A stretch of 64,000 nt of DNA from Macrostomum lignano (taxonomy: Eukaryota). The stretch covers positions 1-64,000 of the forward strand of contig NIVC01003028.1 in assembly GCA_002269645.1 (NCBI GenBank), written 5' to 3'. The notes under the pieces are model-generated. The model was given only the letters and a program-made list of their open reading frames with translations, ran no database searches and had not been told where the DNA came from. Below are positions 37,296 to 49,816 of this stretch, piece after piece (the stretch's first letter is position 1; each line of letters opens with the position of its first letter). A program made the translations under genes and the position numbers.

Positions 37296-37332
<37 letters not shown>
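37167..37332. repeat. (CAA)n microsatellite, probable LINE 3' tail
   Basis: Reads (TTG)n immediately after the LINE stop on the minus strand. Confidence 0.95.
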
Positions 37333-37880
37333 GAATACGCGTTCAGCGTCATAGGGCGCGCCTCAGGGCAAGGTCGCGAATGAACGCCACGCCGCCGGCC
37401 GAATCCGGGGCGCCGGCGTCAGCCAGCAGGCAGTCGACGAAACGCCGAGTGCGCACCTGTCCCCACCGGTAGGGTGCCTGCAGCGTTAGCAGCAGCACCT
37501 CCTGCACCGACTCTGGGCAGTACGACTCGGCGCGGATGAGATGGCCTGCCAGCTGGAGTCGCCGACGGCGCAACAGGTCGCTTGGACGAACCAGGCCGGC
37601 GCGGTGATAAAAAGGACAGTCTCGATCACCGCCTGGAACAACGCCGCCCTCTGGCGGTCAGGTAAGGCCTCGAACTGCAGGACAGCTCTCATAGAACGAA
37701 AGGCAGCTCAGGCAAGCTCGCAAATCCTCGCGGACGCCGGGAACCAGACCACCGAGGTAGACAAACTGCTGACAACGCGGAAGCTCTGTCGCCTGTCCAT
37801 CAGCGCATCGACACAAAAAGTCTCAAAAAGCTGGTTGGTTAAAGATCTGTGGGTCAGACGCTGGCCTGCTACGCGCCATG
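37333..37880 (-). mobile_element. 5'-truncated non-LTR retrotransposon fragment (RT C-terminus, RTE/L2/CR1-like)
   Basis: ELPRCQQFVYLGG, LFQAVIETVLF..W and RRRRLQLAGHLIR motifs with frameshifts, followed by microsatellite tail. Confidence 0.75.
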
Positions 37881-38113
37881 CCCTCAAGAGATCGTCGACG
37901 CGGCACGATTTGCGCCGTGACCTGTGACCTGCTGCGCCGTCGGCGACTCCAGCTGGCGTCCGCTAGCGCCCCTGACTGGGTGGCTTGCGGCGGGGTGGCT
38001 TTTGTTCGCCCTGTAATGCCGCCTTCTAAAGACCCTGACAGCGCATTTTGTTGCTGTTAATGTTGCTTCTAGTTGACTATGATTCTGAATCTGACAATGT
38101 CAAAAGGTCAAAC

Positions 38114-38700
38114 CTTGCTGACTGAGATGATGGTAGCGGCTCCTCCAGCTGCTCCCAGTCCCGCTGCAGCAGCTCGGCCGGGCAGAGCAGGCGCAGCCGC
38201 CCCTTCTGGTGCCGCCCGTGCAGGCAGGCGGCGGCCATGCGGCACAGGTCGAACAGCAGCAGGTGGCCCGGCCGGCTGTCGCTTGTCGCCGCGTCGCACA
38301 GCCTCTTGTCCGGGAATCGAACCCGGACCCGATGGTGCGGCGAGCGCCACCAGAAGCCGCCGTTGTCCTCGTTGCTAGCGGCATCTTCGACGGCGTTGAA
38401 GAATTCGTCTCGACAGTCGGTCGCAACGTCGGCATCGTCGGGTTGGTCGGCGGCGAAGGTCAACTTGACCGGGGCGCCGCGCTCCCTGCCGCTGATCCAG
38501 TCGTAGTCCGCTGTCGCCACCGACCAGCTCGACGGCGGCGCTTCTGCACCTTCTTTGGAAGCTCCGTCGGCGTCTTCAGCGATGAATCCGCTGCGCCTCA
38601 GCTGCTCCGTCACGGTGCCGTCATGCTGCGCCAGGCAGGCCGACCACAAGTCCAGAGACGGGCCGCCTGCCGCGTCTTCTTTAGCGGCTTCAACTGGCAT
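38114..38700 (-). CDS. Putative first coding exon of the Mab-21-like gene
   Basis: ATG 38700, GC-rich open frame, phase-2 donor AG|gtttga (weak). Total CDS 3399 nt = 1132 aa. Confidence 0.5.
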
Positions 38701-39075
38701 TTCTCTCTGAGCACCAACTCTGCTTCGGGTCAACGGCTGGCCTTTTTTCTCTGTCAGGGCGGCGGCTTGAGTGGGCGGGCGTTGCTCAGAGTCTCGCGGC
38801 CAGAAAATTTCTCACGCGTTCGGCCGGCTTCGCTGGGGAGATTCGCACGCCTGGGAAAAAGAAGTTTTTTAAATTTCTTCTTTGCCACTTTGCCACAGCG
38901 GGCTGAATGAGCCGAGGTGGGACAGCATCAATGGAGAAGTTTGTGATAGCGAATATAACTACTAACAGTAGGATAGTAGGCACACGAGCGGTAGCGGGTC
39001 AAACTCTCTTAAGCTTTGCTTGCGGCCAAATTAATTTAAAAAAAAAAAATTGGCCTGCGGCTTGTCGTGCGAGAG

Positions 39076-39532
39076 CCCCCACTCTCCCACTGCCCCCACT
39101 CTCCCACTGCCCCCACTCTCCCACTGCCCCCACTCTCCCACTGCCCCACTCTCCCACTGCCCCCACTCTCCCACTGCCCCCACTCTCCCACTGCCCCCAC
39201 TCTCCCACTGCCCCCACTCTCCCACTGCCCCCACTCTCCCACTGCCCCCACTCTCCCACTGCCCCCACTCTCCCACTGCCCCCACTCTCCCACTGCCCCC
39301 ACTCTCCCACTGCCCCCACTCTCCACTGCCCCACTCTCCCACTGCCCCACTCTCCCACTGCCCCCACTCTCCCACTGCCCCCACTCTCCCACTGCCCCCA
39401 CTCTCCCACTGCCCCACTCTCCCACTGCCCCCACTCTCCCACTGCCCCACTCTCCCACTGCCCCACTCTCCCACTGCCCCACTCTCCCACTGCCCCCACT
39501 CTCCCACTGCCCCCACTCTCCCACTGCCCCAC
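39076..39532. repeat. 16/17-bp minisatellite (CCCACTGCCCCCACTCT)
   Basis: About 27 units. Confidence 0.96.
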
Positions 39533-40049
39533 TAATCCTAATTCTTAATTTTAAATGTACAAGTATCTCAAATTATTTTTTCATAGACCACCATAGGCAG
39601 TTCCAGCACTTTTGGAACATTTAAAAGGCGGTAGAGTGCACACGAGAGAGAAAGAAGAGAAGAGGATGATGAAGCTCGGATTCTGTCCCCCCTCAGCTCA
39701 AGTATCGATCGAAAGCCCACAGTTCAGAGGCGATCGATCGGCTTTTATGGCAGCGGGTCTTTCTCTCTTTTTCCTCTCTTTTCTCCACTCATTTCTCTCT
39801 TCTCTCCAGCTTCCCTAATCAGCTGCGGGTTGGGGGGCTTCATCGTAGCTGGTAAAGAAAGTATCAGCTGCGCTGGAGCTGTTCCTCCCGCAGACCGATT
39901 GGGGAATATTTTGCAGCGAACCCTCAATACTGTTTTTCCCTCCCTTCAATAGTAGGGGTCAGTTGCTCATTCTGAAACTCAGCACTATTTAATTTATGGA
40001 CTTAAACAAGACCACTGCGTGCCGCGTGGAAGCAGCTGGGGCACGCCTC

Positions 40050-40266
<217 letters not shown>

Positions 40267-40424
40267 AAGCTCAAGCTCAAGCTCGAATATATTTTTTATT
40301 TTAGCCCTGCCAGCTCTGTAACTGTCTGCACTGATCAACTGGGCGGCTTCGATTTGAAGCTGGGATCCAGTATAAGTGCTGCTTCATCTGGAGTTGCAGT
40401 GAAGCCCTGCTCTCAGTCGTGATA

Positions 40425-41535
40425 TCTCTTATCTCCCTCTCATCTTTCTCTGATCTCTCTGATCTCCCTTGATCCCTCTCTGATTTCTCTGATCTCTCTC
40501 TGATCTCTCTCTGATCTCCCTCTGATCTCCTTCTGATCTCTCTCTGATCTCTCTGATCTCTCTAATCTCTCTAATCTTTCCAGTCTCTCTGATCTCTCTT
40601 ATCTCTCTTATCTCTCCTATCTCTCTAATCTCTCTGATCTCTCTAATCTCTCTGATCTCTCTAATCTCTCTGATCTCTCTGATCTCTCTAATCTTTCTGA
40701 TCTCTCTAATCTCTCTGATCTCTCTGATCTCTCTAATCTTTCTGATCTCTCTAATCTCTCTTATCTCTCTGATCTCTCTGATCTCTCTAATCTCTCTGAT
40801 CTCTCTGATCTCTCCTATCTCTCTTATCTCTCCTATCTCTCTAATCTCTCTGATCTCTCTAATCTCTCTGATCTCTCTAATCTCTCTGATCTCTCTGATC
40901 TCTCTAATCTCTCTAATCTTTCTGATCTTTCTGATCTCTCTAATCTCTCTAATCTCTCTGATCTCTCTGATTTCTCTAATCTTTCTGATCTCTCTAATCT
41001 CTCTGATCTCTCTGATCTCTCTAATCTTTCTGATCTCTCTGATCTCTCTGATCTCTCTAATCTCTCTGATCTCTCTGATTTCTCTAATCTCTCTGATCTC
41101 TCTAATCTCTCTGATCTCTCTGATCTCTCTAATCTTTCTGATCTCTCTAATCTCTCTGATCTCTCTAATCTCTCTGATCTCTCTGATCTCTCTAATCTTT
41201 CTGATCTCTCTGATCTCTCTAATCTCTCTAATCTCTCTGATCTCTCTGATCTCTCTAATCTTTCTGATCTCTCTAATCTCTCTGATCTCTCTGATCTCTC
41301 TAATCTTTCTGATCTCTCTAATCTCTCTGATCTCTCTGATCTCTCTAATCTTTCTGATCTCTCTGATCTCTCTGATCTCTCTAATCTCTCTAATCTCTCT
41401 GATCTCTCTGATCTCTCTAATCTTTCTGATCTCTCTGATCTCTCTAATCTCTCTAATCTCTCTGATCTCTCTGATCTCTCTGATCTTTCTGATCTCTCTA
41501 ATCTCTCTGATCTCTCTGATCTCTCTCTGATTTCT
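40425..41535. repeat. 9-bp repeat (GATCTCTCT/AATCTCTCT)
   Basis: Direct inspection. Confidence 0.96.
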
Positions 41536-42319
41536 GCTATATTGCAAGACTCCTTAATTCGCAATATATTCTCACACGGATGTTTCCCAGCCTACAAAAT
41601 CCTTCCCAACAATCAGTCATATCATGATTAATGGCTTATGACTTATGATTCGAATCTAAAATCGAATCCATCCCCCAGAAGAAGCAGGCATAGAAGTGAG
41701 TTCCAAAGCAGTCTAATTTAGTAAATTGCAGTCAAATGGATTGATGGCTGGCTAGAGGGGGGGGGTCAGAGAAATCTTCCAACTTGCTTATTCCATCTAG
41801 CTAAAAGCTAAAAACTGGTCAATTTGAGCTGTAATAAATCTAAAATCAGAGATTATTTATCCCCAATCTCAATCTTCAGTCCCGATTATTTTAGCCACTA
41901 AATATTCGTTCGTCTTCTCAGAGACTAATAGGTGAAAAATCCTAGCTTTAATCTGCTCCCAACACTAATGCTCTCCTTGGTTCGTTTTTATGAAGCCCCT
42001 GATCGACCCTGACGCGGATGCGGCTCGACAGACAAGGGGGGGGGGTGGCGATCGATGCTAGCAGGAAGCTGCAGCCGCATCAGCCATTCTTCAGTTTGGG
42101 CGTCTCGAATATCCCCAAGAAAAGTGTCCCAAAGAGGGGAAAAAGTAGGATTTGATCAGTGCATCAAGCTACAAATGGCAGAAATCTGCTTTGTGGGGCT
42201 TAAGATGCTGTCAGGGCTGCATAAGTATTGACTGGGGTGCACTCAGCTCACTGACCTGACGTGGCCCCGAAAACCCGAAGTTTTTTTAGAACCCTCTCCG
42301 TCACAAGATACTAATTGAT

Positions 42320-43183
42320 TTCTCCCTCTGATCTCTACTATTTCTCTGATCTAATATCTAATCTCGCTCTGATCTCTCTCTCTCTAATCTCCCTGATCTC
42401 TCTGATCTCTCTCTGATCTCTCTCTGATCTCTCTCTCTGATCTCTCTGATCTCTCTAATCTCCCTGATCTCTCTGATCTCTCTCTGATCTCTCTCTGATC
42501 TCTCTCTCTGATCTCTCTGATCTCTATAATCTCCCTGATCTCTCTGATCTCTCTCTGATCTCTCTCTGATCTCTCTCTCTCTCTGATCTCTCTGATCTCT
42601 CTAATCTCCCTGATCTCTCTGATCTTTCTCTGATCTCTCTCTCTAATCTCCCTGATCTCTCTGATCTCTCTCTGATCCCCCTCTGATCTCTCTCTCTGAT
42701 CTCTCTGATCTCTCTCTGATCTCTCTGATCTCTCTCTGATCTCTCTGATCTCTCTCTGATCTCTCTGATCTCTCTCTGATCTCTCTGATCTCTCTCCGAT
42801 CTCTCTGATCTCTCTCTGATCTCTCTGATCTCTCTCTGATCTCTCTGATCTATCTCTGATCTCTCTGATCTCTCTCTGATCTCTCTCTCTCTAATCTTTC
42901 TCTGATCTCTCTCTCTCTCTCTGATCTCTCTCTCTCTCTCTGATCTCTCTCTCTCTCTCTGATCTCTCTGATCTCTCTCTGATCTCTCTCTCTCTCTCTG
43001 ATCTCTCTCTGATCTCTCTCTCTCTCTCTCTCTGATCTCTCTCTGATCTCTCTCTGATCTCTCTCTGATCTCTTTCTGATCCCTCTGATCTCTCTCTGAT
43101 CTCTCTCTGATCTCTCTGATCTCTCTCTGATCTCTCTCTGATCTCTCTCTGATCTCTCTCTGATCTCTCTCTAATCTTTCTCT

Positions 43184-43223
<40 letters not shown>

Positions 43224-43970
43224 CTCTCTCTCTCTCTGATCTCTCTCTCTCTCTCTGATCTCTCTGATCTCTCTCTGATCTCTCTCTCTCTGATCTCTCT
43301 CTGATCTCTCTCTCTCTCTGATCTCTCTCTGATCTCTCTCTGATCTCTCTCTGATCTCTTTCTGATCCCTCTGATCTCTCTCTGATCTCTCTCTGATCTC
43401 TCTGATCTCTCTCTGATCTCTCTCTCTGATCTCTCTGATCTCTCTCTGATCTCTCTGATCTCTCTCTGATCTCTCTGATCTCTCTCTGATCTCTCTGATC
43501 TCTCTCTGATCTCTCTGATCTCTTTCTGATCCCTCTGATCTCCCTGACCTCTCTCTGATCTCTCTGATCTCTCTCTGATCTCTCTGATCTCTCTGATCTC
43601 CCTGATCTCTCTGTCTCTCTGATCTCTCTCTGATCTCTCTGATCTCTCTGATCTCCCTGATCTCTCTCTCTCTGATCTCTCTCTGATCTCTCTGATCTCC
43701 CTGATCTCCCTGATCTCTCTGATCTCTCTCTCTCTCTGATCTCTCTGATCTCTCTGATCTCTCTCTGATCTCTCTGATCTCTCTGATCTCTCTGATCTCC
43801 CTGATCTCTCTGTCTCTCTGATCTCTCTCTGATCTCTCTGATCTCCCTGATCTCCCTGATCTCTCTGATCTCTCTCTCTCTCTGATCTCTCTCGCTGATC
43901 TCTCTCTGATCTCTCTGATCTCTCTGATCTCCCTGATCTCCCTGATCTCTCACTGATCTCGCTCTCTCTC
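42320..43970. repeat. GAT(CT)n compound repeat, 9-13-bp units
   Basis: Same core as the 40425 array with variable CT number. Confidence 0.96.
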
Positions 43971-44759
43971 AATGACAATGTCTGTTAAAAAAAATTCGCC
44001 GTTGTGTTATAGATTTTTGCTCATGACAGTTTGTTGTTTGTGAAGTGAAGGGGCGGAGGAGAGACAGGGGGAGAGGTGATTTGTGGGTGATAATGGGAGA
44101 GGGTGGGTGGTGGACGTGTATAACAACTTATAGTGAGAGAGAGACAGAGTGGGTGATAATGGGAGAAAGTGGCTGCCAGTAGAAGTCTGGTGGCATTGGG
44201 AGACACAGGGTTAAATTGGTTGCACTGACTATTCAGGCCGGGCGTTCAAGAAGAAAAAGAAGAAGCGTTGTTTCTCTTTCTCTCTCCATCTCTCCTAAAA
44301 GAGAGCTGCGAGTGTGAAGCAGGCAGAAGCAGATGCCGGCTGTTCAAAGCCGATAAAGAAATTGTCCAGCATGAAATTGTCCAGCTTAGAGAAGAAAATC
44401 GTTGAAAACTCGGGGCGGCGGAAGAGACGGGCGTGCAGGTAGGCTGGCGGGGTGGCATTGTGGAAAAGTCATTAGCACCCGTTGGCGCCTGACGGCTCTG
44501 GGCGCAGTTTTCAATTTCACATTTCCGATCGACTTCACCGACATCTCGCCGCTTCACGCGAATTCCAGCCTCCAATTAGTAGAGCGCGAAATTTGCCTCA
44601 TCAAGCTGGGAGGTGGGGAGGGGAGACGGAAACTCTGGGGATGTCACGCAAACCGATTCAGCCGCAAAGAATCTCATCTTGAGCTGGGCTCTGCGATCTA
44701 ACTTGTGCTCACACTTTCACCTCAGCTGCTATTCTGTCCGCATGATTCTCAGTCTGGCA

Positions 44760-45095
44760 CTCTGATTGTATCTGTCTCACGCTTAATCTCACTCTGTGAC
44801 TCTCTCCGTCTCACCCTAAATCTCACTCTGCGTCTTTCCCAGTCTCACACTTAATCTCACTCTGCGTCTCTCCCAGTCTCACACTTAATCTCACTGTGTC
44901 TCTCTCAATCTCACACTTAATCTCCCTCTGTGTCTCTCTCAGTCTCACCCTTAATCTCACTGTGTCTCTCTCAATCTCACACTTAATCTCCCTCTGTGTC
45001 TCTCTCAGTCTCACCCTTAATCTCACTGTACTGTGTCTCTCTCAGTCTCACCCTTAATTTCACTCTGTGACTCTCTCGGTGTCACTCCTAATCTC
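44760..45095. repeat. Diverged about 33-bp repeat (CTTAATCTCACT...CAGTCTCAC)
   Basis: About 9 units. Confidence 0.8.
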
Positions 45096-45555
45096 ATTTA
45101 GTAAAGTTTTCATTACCAATCTCAAAGGGAATTTTTTATTTCCCAGCTTCTCAGTTTTATTTTAATGTTTACATGCACATCAGTATGTTCTGAAATTTTT
45201 GTTCGCATAGTTAATTATCAAGCAAAAGAAAATATAATATTTTACTTTTCGAATGTACTTACGAGTACTAACATTGCTATATTCATTTTTGATCTCACTC
45301 TGCTATACTTTTTCTGTCACTAATTCTCCATGGCGATTCTCTTTGAGAAAGTGGCCCTGGCCACTAGTCTCACTTCTGGGATTTGTGTGGAAGCCACTTC
45401 CCCCGCTATTTTATCCCATTTTCAGAGCGCAAACCGGTCTTAAATTAAGCCCTAAATTGCTTGCTTTGCCGCCATGAATTATGCATGCCAGTTGCCTCCG
45501 CATCTGTTTCTGAAGCCGAACTGTGACAACAGCTTCCAGTGCCCTGTGCCTTAGC

Positions 45556-48500
45556 GATGGGTCAGCTGTGAATCTAGATGGGTCAGGTTTGCATCTAGAT
45601 GGGTCAGGTTTGTGTCTAGATGGGTCAGGTTTGTATCCTAGATGGGTCAGGTTTGTATCTAGGTGGTTCCAGATGGTTCCAGGTTTGTGTCTAGATGGGT
45701 CAGGTTTGTGTCTAGATGGGTCAGGTTTGTATCCTAGATGGGTCAGGTTTGTATCTAGATGGGTCAGGTTTGTGTCTAGATGGGTCAGGTTTGTGTCTAG
45801 ATGGGTCAGCTGTGCATCTAGATGGGTCAGGTTTGTGTCTAGATGGGTCAGGTTTGTGTCTAGATGGGTCAGGTTTGTGTCTAGATGGGTCAGGTTTGTG
45901 TCTAGATGGGTCAGGTTTGTGTCTAGATGGGTCAGGTTTGTATCTAGATGGGTCAGGTTTGTATCTAGATGGGTCAGCTGTGCATCTAGATGGGTCAGGT
46001 TTGTGTCTAGATGGGTCAGGTTTGTATCTAGATGGGTCAGGTTTGTGTCTAGATGGGTCAGGTTTGTATCTAGATGGGTCAGGTTTGTATCTAGATGGGT
46101 CAGCTGTGCATCTAGATGGGTCAGGTTTGTGTCTAGATGGGTCAGGTTTGTATCTAGATGGGTCAGGTTTGTGTCTAGATGGGTCAGGTTTGTATCTAGA
46201 TGGGTCAGGTTTGTATCTAGATGGGTCAGCTGTGCATCTAGATGGATCAGGTTTGCATCTAGATGGGTCAGGTTTGTATCTAGATGGGTCAGCTGTGCAT
46301 CTAGATGGGTCAGGTCTGTATCTAGGTGGATCAGGTTTGTACCTAGATGGGTAAGGTTTGTATCTAGATGGGTTAGGTTTGTATCTAGATGGGTCAGGTT
46401 TGTATCTAGATGGGTCAGGTTTGTATCTAGATGGGTCAGGTTTGTATCTAGATGGGTCAGGTTTGTGTCTAGATGGGTCAGGTTTGTGTCTAGATGGGTC
46501 AGGTTTGTATCTAGATGGGTCAGGTCTGTATCTAGATGGGTCAGGTTTGTATCTAGATGGGTCAGGTTTGTATCTAGATGGGTCAGGTTTGTATCTAGAT
46601 GGGTCAGGTTTGTATCTAGATGGGTCAGGTTTGTATCTAGATGGGTCAGGTTTGTGTCTAGATGGGTCAGGTTTGTGTCTAGATGGGTCAGGTTTGTGTC
46701 TAGATGGGTAAGGTTTGTGTCTAGATGGGTCAGGTTTGCATCTAGATGGGTCAGGTTTGTATCTAGATGGGTCAGGTTTGTGTCTAGATAGGTCAGGTTT
46801 GTGTCTAGATGGGTCAGGTTTGTGTCTAGATGGGCAAGGTTTGTGTCTAGATGGGTCAGGTTTGTATCTAGATGGGTCAGGTTTGTGTCTATATGGGTCA
46901 GGTTTGCATCTAGATGGGTCAGGTTTGTGTCTAGATGGGTCAGGTTTGTATCTAGATGGGTCAGGTTTGTGTCTAGATAGGTCAGGTTTGTATCTAGATG
47001 GGTTAGGTTTGTATCTAGGTGGTCCCAGATGGTTCCAGATGGTTCCAGGTTTGTGTCTAGATGGGTCAGGTTTGTGTCTAGATGGGTCAGGTTTGTGTCT
47101 AGATAGGTTAGGTTTGTATCTAGATGGGTTAGGTTTGTATCTAGGTGGTTCCAGATGGTTCCAGATGGTTCCAGGTTTGTGTCTAGATGGGTCAGGTTTG
47201 TGTCTAGATGGGTCAGGTTTGTGTCTAGATAGGTCAGGTTTGTATCTAGATGGGTTAGGTTTGTATCTAGGTGGTTCCAGATGGTTCCAGATGGTTCCAG
47301 GTTTGTGTCTAGATGGGTCAGGTTTGTGTCTAGATGGGTCAGGTTTGTGTCTAGATGGGTCAGGTTTGTGTCTAGATGGGTCAGGTTTGTATCTAGATGG
47401 GTCAGGTTTGTGTCTAGATGGGTCAGGTTTGTATCTAGATGGGTCAGGTTTGTATCCTGATGGGTCAGGTTTGTATCTAGATGGGTCAGGTTTGTATCTA
47501 GATGGGTCAGGTTTGTATCTAGATGGGTCAGGTTTGTATCTAGATGGGTCAGGTTTGTATCTAGATGGGTCAGGTTTGTATCTAGATGGGTCAGGTTTGT
47601 ATCTAGATGGGTCAGGTTTGTATCTAGATGGGTCAGGTTTGTGTCTAGATGGGTCAGGTTTGTATCTAGATGGGTCAGGTTTGTGTCTATATGGGTCAGG
47701 TTTGCATCTAGATGGGTCAGGTTTGTGTCTAGATGGGTCAGGTTTGTATCTAGATGGGTCAGGTTTGTGTCTAGATAGGTCAGGTTTGTATCTAGATGGG
47801 TTAGGTTTGTATCTAGGTGGTCCCAGATGGTTCCAGATGGTTCCAGGTTTGTGTCTAGATGGGTCAGGTTTGTGTCTAGATGGGTCAGGTTTGTGTCTAG
47901 ATAGGTTAGGTTTGTATCTAGATGGGTTAGGTTTGTATCTAGGTGGTTCCAGATGGTTCCAGATGGTTCCAGGTTTGTGTCTAGATGGGTCAGGTTTGTG
48001 TCTAGATGGGTCAGGTTTGTGTCTAGATAGGTCAGGTTTGTATCTAGATGGGTTAGGTTTGTATCTAGGTGGTTCCAGATGGTTCCAGATGGTTCCAGGT
48101 TTGTGTCTAGATGGGTCAGGTTTGTGTCTAGATGGGTCAGGTTTGTGTCTAGATGGGTCAGGTTTGTGTCTAGATGGGTCAGGTTTGTATCTAGATGGGT
48201 CAGGTTTGTGTCTAGATGGGTCAGGTTTGTATCTAGATGGGTCAGGTTTGTATCCTGATGGGTCAGGTTTGTATCTAGATGGGTCAGGTTTGTATCTAGA
48301 TGGGTCAGGTTTGTATCTAGATGGGTCAGGTTTGTATCTAGATGGGTCAGGTTTGTATCTAGATGGGTCAGGTTTGTATCTAGATGGGTCAGGTTTGTAT
48401 CTAGATGGGTCAGGTTTGTATCTAGATGGGTCAGGTTTGTGTCTAGATGGGTCAGGTTTGTATCCTAGATGGTGTTGTGTATTGAACGCGTGGGTTTTTT

Positions 48501-49200
48501 GTGCGAGCGAGAGTTGAGAAATAAGAATTGTGGAGTCTCGACTGACTCCGCCGCTTTATATTTGTTAGTAAATGAAGCGTGCACGTTGGGTGTAATCACC
48601 TGGCAGATTGGCTATATGTTACGCAATGATTTGAGTTGAATACAATACTGTTGAAACATAAATACGGTACGACTGAAGTACTCAATACTTGTACTTAGTA
48701 CTCACGCCACAACAGATGGGTCAGGTTTGTATCTAGGTGGTTCCAGATGGTTCCAGGTTTGTGTCTAGATGGGTCAGGTTTGTGTCTAGATGGGTTTAGA
48801 TTTGTATCTTGATGGGTTAGGTTTGTATCTAGATGGGTCAGGTTTGTGTCTAGATGGGTCAGGTTTGTGTCTAGATGGGTCAGGTTTGCATCTTGATGGG
48901 TCAGGTTTGTGTCTAGATGGGTAAGGTTTGTGTCTAGGTGTGTCAGGTTTGTATCTAGATGGGTCAGGTTTGTATCTAGGTGGTTCCAGATGGTTTCAGG
49001 TTTGTGTCTAGATGGGTCAGGTTTGTGTCTAGATGGGTCAGGTTTGTATCTAGATGGGTCAGCTGTGCATCTAGATGGGTCAGGTTTGTGTCTAGATGGG
49101 TCAGGTTTGTATCTAGATGGGTCAGGTTTGTGTCTAGATGGGTCAGGTTTGTATCTAGATGGGTCAGCTGTGCATCTTGATGGGTCAGCTGTGCATTTCG
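45556..49200. repeat. 21-bp satellite (CTAGATGGGTCAGGTTTGT[G/A]T) with higher-order structure, interrupted by a solo LTR
   Basis: More than 150 units; 798-bp internal duplication. Confidence 0.97.
48473..48714 (-). mobile_element. Solo LTR (242 bp) with 5-bp TSD
   Basis: TGTTGTG...CACAACA inverted ends flanked by GATGG on both sides; CCAAT and TATAAA on the minus strand. Confidence 0.85.
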
Positions 49201-49816
49201 GCCAGGTCAGCTATGAGTAAGGATGATTCTCACCGGACTCATCCCACAGCTGTTTTAAAAATAAATATTTGCAAAACTTTACGTTCCAGTCGAAGTTCTT
49301 GAGTTTCAGTCTGAAAAAACCAAGAGGGGGGGGCAAATAGCCTGCCAGTGCCAGAATGATAGCAAAAATCAAGGAATTTTTTTGCTCGGAAGCAGAGCAA
49401 CTTCTGCCGCGGCAGGTGAAAAAAATCCCGACAGAAACGTAGTCAGGATAAGCCAGTTCGTCACGATGCCTCTCGATAAACAACCTGCTTGTCCATGAAA
49501 CCCCTGCTTGAGCACGACTCGGCTCTGATTTGGGGACCTTGTTTTTTCTAGATCTAAAAAAATATTGCAACTTTTTTTCCAATCCTGAAGGCCTGTCTGG
49601 TCTCGTATCGGTAGACAAGTTTATAGCGAGGGGCATTCTAGATCTAGATGACTGCTCCATAACACTGAAGCCTCTGACAAACCGTCAAAATTGTTGTTTC
49701 CTGAAGTGACCTTTTCACAGGTTGCAGTTTTAACCAGATTAAACCCTTGCTGTGTTTGTTTCTGCCCCGTCTCCTTGGTGTGAAAGCAGAAACACTGCTG
49801 TGACATTTTGCTAGTA

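Noticed and set aside
49211-49660. 149-aa ORF between two satellites
   Set aside because: No recognisable motif or clear splice signals.
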